DNA from: an uncultured archaeon
Lineage (GTDB): Archaea; Aenigmatarchaeota; Aenigmatarchaeia; CG10238-14
Direction of reading: 5' to 3'
DNA length: 27,095 bases
Assembly: GCA_964392445.1 (NCBI GenBank)
Contig: CAYMPD010000002.1
Span: 1-27,095 of the forward strand
Of this stretch, positions 24,158 to 27,095 are shown in pieces. The notes beneath the pieces were generated by a model. The model did not search any database, was not told the DNA's origin, and was given only the letters and a program-made list of their open reading frames with translations. The translations under genes and the position numbers were made by a program. Every line of letters begins with the position of its first letter. The stretch's first letter is position 1.

Positions 24158-24691
24158 ATGAAGGTCATGGTTCCTTTGACAGATGGTTTTGAGGAGATTG
24201 AGGCACTGACAATTGTGGACGTTCTTAGAAGGGCTGGTCTAGAGGTAGAAACAGTTGGTGTGGTAAGATCAGTTATTAAGGGTGCACATGGAGTCAGGGT
24301 TATGGCAGATAAAAGATTAATGGAAATTAATCCAAAGCAATATGACGCAATTGTTCTTCCAGGTGGTCCTGGATACAAGACTCTTGCAAGGACAAGTAAA
24401 TTGATGGAAGTTTTAAAAGATTTTAATGCGAGAGGGAAAACCATTGGTGCAATCTGTGCAGCTCCAGCAGTATTGGCAAAAGCAGGTTTATTGGAAGAAA
24501 AACGCGCAACTATTTATCCTGGTATGGAGAAAGAATTATCTTATCCGCGGGGTAATCGGGTGGTTGTTGATGACAATATTATCACTTCGCAAGCACCTGG
24601 AACTGCGATGGAGTTTGCTTTAACATTAGTTAAGAAATTCAAGGGTCAAAAAGAAATGATGAGATTAAAACAAGAACTAGTGGTGTCTTAA
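24158..24691 (+). CDS. DJ-1/ThiJ (YajL-like) family protein
   Basis: GFEEIEA, DVLRRAG, YDAIVLPGG, AICAAP, DNIITSQAPGTAMEFAL. Confidence 0.93.
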   Translation: MKVMVPLTDGFEEIEALTIVDVLRRAGLEVETVGVVRSVIKGAHGVRVMADKRLMEINPKQYDAIVLPGGPGYKTLARTSKLMEVLKDFNARGKTIGAICAAPAVLAKAGLLEEKRATIYPGMEKELSYPRGNRVVVDDNIITSQAPGTAMEFALTLVKKFKGQKEMMRLKQELVVS

Positions 24692-24913
24692 TTGGAAAAC
24701 GGAATCGAGAAAAAAATAATCGAAGAGATGTGCTTACGTTTAGTTGCAACCAGGGACGAGATACAGGATTTTATCAGTAAAGAGGTTAAGGTCCCGATGA
24801 CACTTATTAAATCTGTTACAAGATCAATGGTCCAGAGAGGCTTTTTGAGGGAAATACATACTTCTAACACTAGTTTTGCGATAACCAAGAAAGGGATGAG
24901 GAGTTTTAAGTAA
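24692..24913 (+). CDS. Small winged-helix protein (73 aa)
   Basis: TTG start adjacent to the previous stop; helix-turn-helix then LVQRGFL-like segment (MVQRGFL) and FAITKKG wing. Confidence 0.6.
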   Translation: MENGIEKKIIEEMCLRLVATRDEIQDFISKEVKVPMTLIKSVTRSMVQRGFLREIHTSNTSFAITKKGMRSFK

Positions 24914-25062
24914 AATTCACCCAGATTTGATATTAAAATATAGTAAATTTTTCTTCTAACCTACAGTTGTATTATAAATGCTTGAATTTTGATTTTTTAT
25001 TACTGGAAAGTGTAGTTGAAACGACCAATAATTAGGGGATTAACTTTTAAGGTGTTAGGTTA

Positions 25063-27095
25063 ATGGATTCGGTTGGCCCAAAGATTAGAAGAGAGGATTT
25101 TGCTTCAGCTTTAGGTATCTCCCCTCGTGATAGTTACAATCGTGCTTCTTTATATACTCGATATAATATTAGAGATCAAGTTACTCTTGGCCATGATATT
25201 GATGGTTCCCTTGTTTATTTTTCTGGTGAAATGGTAATATATCCTTCTGAAGCACCGGAATCTCTGAGGAAGATCATGCTTAAAAGTGATTTATTAGATG
25301 ATACAGGAAGAGTTAAAGAAGGGTCAGAAATTCGAGTATCGCGTGCAGATGTTGCTAGGGAAATAGGACGTAGATATGGAATGAAAGGAGATTTAGTCGG
25401 TGGACAGTTTACTTCTCTGTATAATATTTTTGATATTAATGATGATTCTGATTGTAGGTTGGTTTATGATGAAAACGGTTGTGAAATTAAAGTTGATGGT
25501 CAAAGATTGAATATATATGAGGAAGAAGTACCATTTTGGGTAGAACGTGAGAGATCAAAAACAAGTCCTAAAAAAGGTTTAGCTATACAACGTTCCTTAG
25601 CGGCAGAATTAATTGGAGTTCCTGCTACCTCACACGATAGGGCACAATTTTATAATGAAAGAGAAATGAGACCCGAAGATTCATATAAAGTTGTACCTGG
25701 GAGTAAGGGAATCTTGGGTAGAGGAGGTTATCATATAGTCCATGGAGATGAAAAATTAGGGGGTTTCACGGATAACGAAGTTCGGCAATTGTTGGAAGAA
25801 AGATATGGTTATGACCTTAGTGATATAAATGCACCTCCTGCTACGGGAAAAGTTCTAGGAGCACTTGCTCTTTTGGCAGCAGTAGGTTTAGGTGTGGGTA
25901 GAACTGCATCAGCTGGAATAGAATCAAAAACACCTACACCGACAGAATTACCTAATATTGGGAATGAGGAAATTGTAGAGAATAGATTAGAAACAGAATT
26001 TTCTGGTACTACAAATAAAGAATTGGGAATATTTTCCCCGGAATCTGAACTCGCTCAAGTTTTTGGATCCTCTACTGTGACAAGTGCACCCACTGTAACA
26101 AATACATTAGAACCCACAGAAGAAGATATAACTCCTGGATTAGTAGCAGAATTATATCCGAAAGGATTTGAACAGGTTGGTTTAACTTTAAAAGATAGAA
26201 CATATTTAGAACCCTATGGAGATTGGAATAAGCTACAGGATGCACAGGGTTTTATTACACAAGATTATTTCAGGATTAGAGGTAATTTGGCTAAGGTTGA
26301 ATTTAGTAATAGGGGAATTAGAACTATTGTTCCTGATATGGAACGTGTATATGAATATGATTTGGAGAATGTTTTAGAAGTGAGAACACTAGGTACTAAT
26401 CTCCTCGCTCTTGCAAGGGATAGCGGAGGAAAGTATTTTCTGGAATATTTTGGTTATTCAGATGGTTCAGATAATCTGGTTCAATTGGATTCAATATATC
26501 TCCCAGAGGATTTTGAAATAGATGTTGAAAGAGACATAGAAGATGAGGAAAATTTTCTTGTAGAAACTGGACTGGATTGTGATACTGGTAGTAGAAGATT
26601 ATTCTCGTTTATGGAAGGCAGAAGGGTTAGGGACGGGCTCGAGGTCCCAGGGTTACTTTTAACATGGATCAGAAATGGTAAATTAGAGATTGGTTATGCT
26701 CCAGGAGTTTTGTTTGAGAAGGGAGCTAGATACGACTTAGAGGATATGAGTGTATTTGATGGATACTTGACTCTAATTTATCGTTCGGAAGATGGTAGTA
26801 AGATTGAAGAAGAATATATTCCTTATTGTCCTCCAGAAACACCAACACCAACCCAGACCTCAACAGCAACCCAGACACCAACCCAAACACCAACCGAGAC
26901 ACCAACCCAGACACCAACCGAGACACCAACCCAGACCTCAACACCAACACCACCAACCCAAACACCAACAGCAACCCAGACACCAACAGCAACCCAAACA
27001 CCAACCCAGACCTCAACACCAACACCACCAACCCAAACACCAACACCAACCCAGACACCAACACCAACCGAAACACCGACACAAACATCAACACC
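25063..27095 (+). CDS. Large membrane/surface protein, 3'-truncated (>677 aa): N-terminal domain, internal hydrophobic segment, extracellular domain, Thr/Pro-rich repeat
   Basis: Manual translation from ATG 25063 (MDSVGPKIRREDF...) is open without a stop to the window end; missing from the ORF track because it lacks a stop. Confidence 0.85.
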   Translation, partial: MDSVGPKIRREDFASALGISPRDSYNRASLYTRYNIRDQVTLGHDIDGSLVYFSGEMVIYPSEAPESLRKIMLKSDLLDDTGRVKEGSEIRVSRADVAREIGRRYGMKGDLVGGQFTSLYNIFDINDDSDCRLVYDENGCEIKVDGQRLNIYEEEVPFWVERERSKTSPKKGLAIQRSLAAELIGVPATSHDRAQFYNEREMRPEDSYKVVPGSKGILGRGGYHIVHGDEKLGGFTDNEVRQLLEERYGYDLSDINAPPATGKVLGALALLAAVGLGVGRTASAGIESKTPTPTELPNIGNEEIVENRLETEFSGTTNKELGIFSPESELAQVFGSSTVTSAPTVTNTLEPTEEDITPGLVAELYPKGFEQVGLTLKDRTYLEPYGDWNKLQDAQGFITQDYFRIRGNLAKVEFSNRGIRTIVPDMERVYEYDLENVLEVRTLGTNLLALARDSGGKYFLEYFGYSDGSDNLVQLDSIYLPEDFEIDVERDIEDEENFLVETGLDCDTGSRRLFSFMEGRRVRDGLEVPGLLLTWIRNGKLEIGYAPGVLFEKGARYDLEDMSVFDGYLTLIYRSEDGSKIEEEYIPYCPPETPTPTQTSTATQTPTQTPTETPTQTPTETPTQTSTPTPPTQTPTATQTPTATQTPTQTSTPTPPTQTPTPTQTPTPTETPTQTST
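26839..27095 (+). repeat. Coding tandem repeat (ACACCA/ACCCAG units) encoding a TPTQ/TPTE mucin-like linker
   Basis: Read directly; includes an exact 48-nt duplication at 26923-26970 and 26998-27045. Confidence 0.95.

Noticed and set aside
1846-24888. Remaining short antisense or alternative-frame ORFs inside well-supported genes (e.g. 1846-2130, 3280-3498, 3465-3716, 6526-6771, 15588-15836, 21773-22078, 24124-24444)
   Set aside because: They lie within confidently assigned genes or promoters and show no motifs or SD support.
26726-27094. 122-aa hydrophobic minus-strand ORF (MLMFVSVFRLVLVSG...)
   Set aside because: Antisense shadow of the Thr/Pro repeat in the long plus-strand ORF.
1-27095. 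CRISPR array, rRNA, integrase or transposase
   Set aside because: No regularly spaced repeat-spacer array, rRNA-like segment or recombinase motif was found by eye.

Overview
AT-rich archaeal chromosomal window, most consistent with a DPANN-type genome (inferred from BHB-intron tRNAs without encoded CCA, GGTGA Shine-Dalgarno sites, TATA/BRE promoters, archaeal S-layer, AlaX, long FKBP and Pth2 genes; the taxon cannot be fixed without a search). Left part: an AbrB-PhoU-type regulator followed by an RHH/PIN toxin-antitoxin cassette that is bracketed by a 56-bp duplication of the regulator's 3' end, an RHH-nucleotidyltransferase fusion with a degenerate active site, an atypical kinase-fold orphan and several Zn-finger microproteins missing from the ORF track. 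Middle: translation/quality-control genes (FKBP, AmrA, AlaX, AmrS), an MFS transporter and three minus-strand tRNAs (Leu-CAA with two introns, Gly-GCC, Thr-CGU with one intron). Right: a cell-envelope block (membrane wHTH protein, S-layer gene with a double GNRA-hairpin leader, three D,D,D,QxxRW GT2 enzymes interleaved with two membrane-anchored thioredoxin-fold paralogs), Pth2, two DJ-1/PfpI paralogs and a large Thr/Pro-repeat surface protein that runs off the right edge. The best candidates for undescribed biology are the GT2/thioredoxin module, the repeat-bracketed TA cassette, the double-intron tRNA and two small proteins with ribosomal-stalk-like tails.
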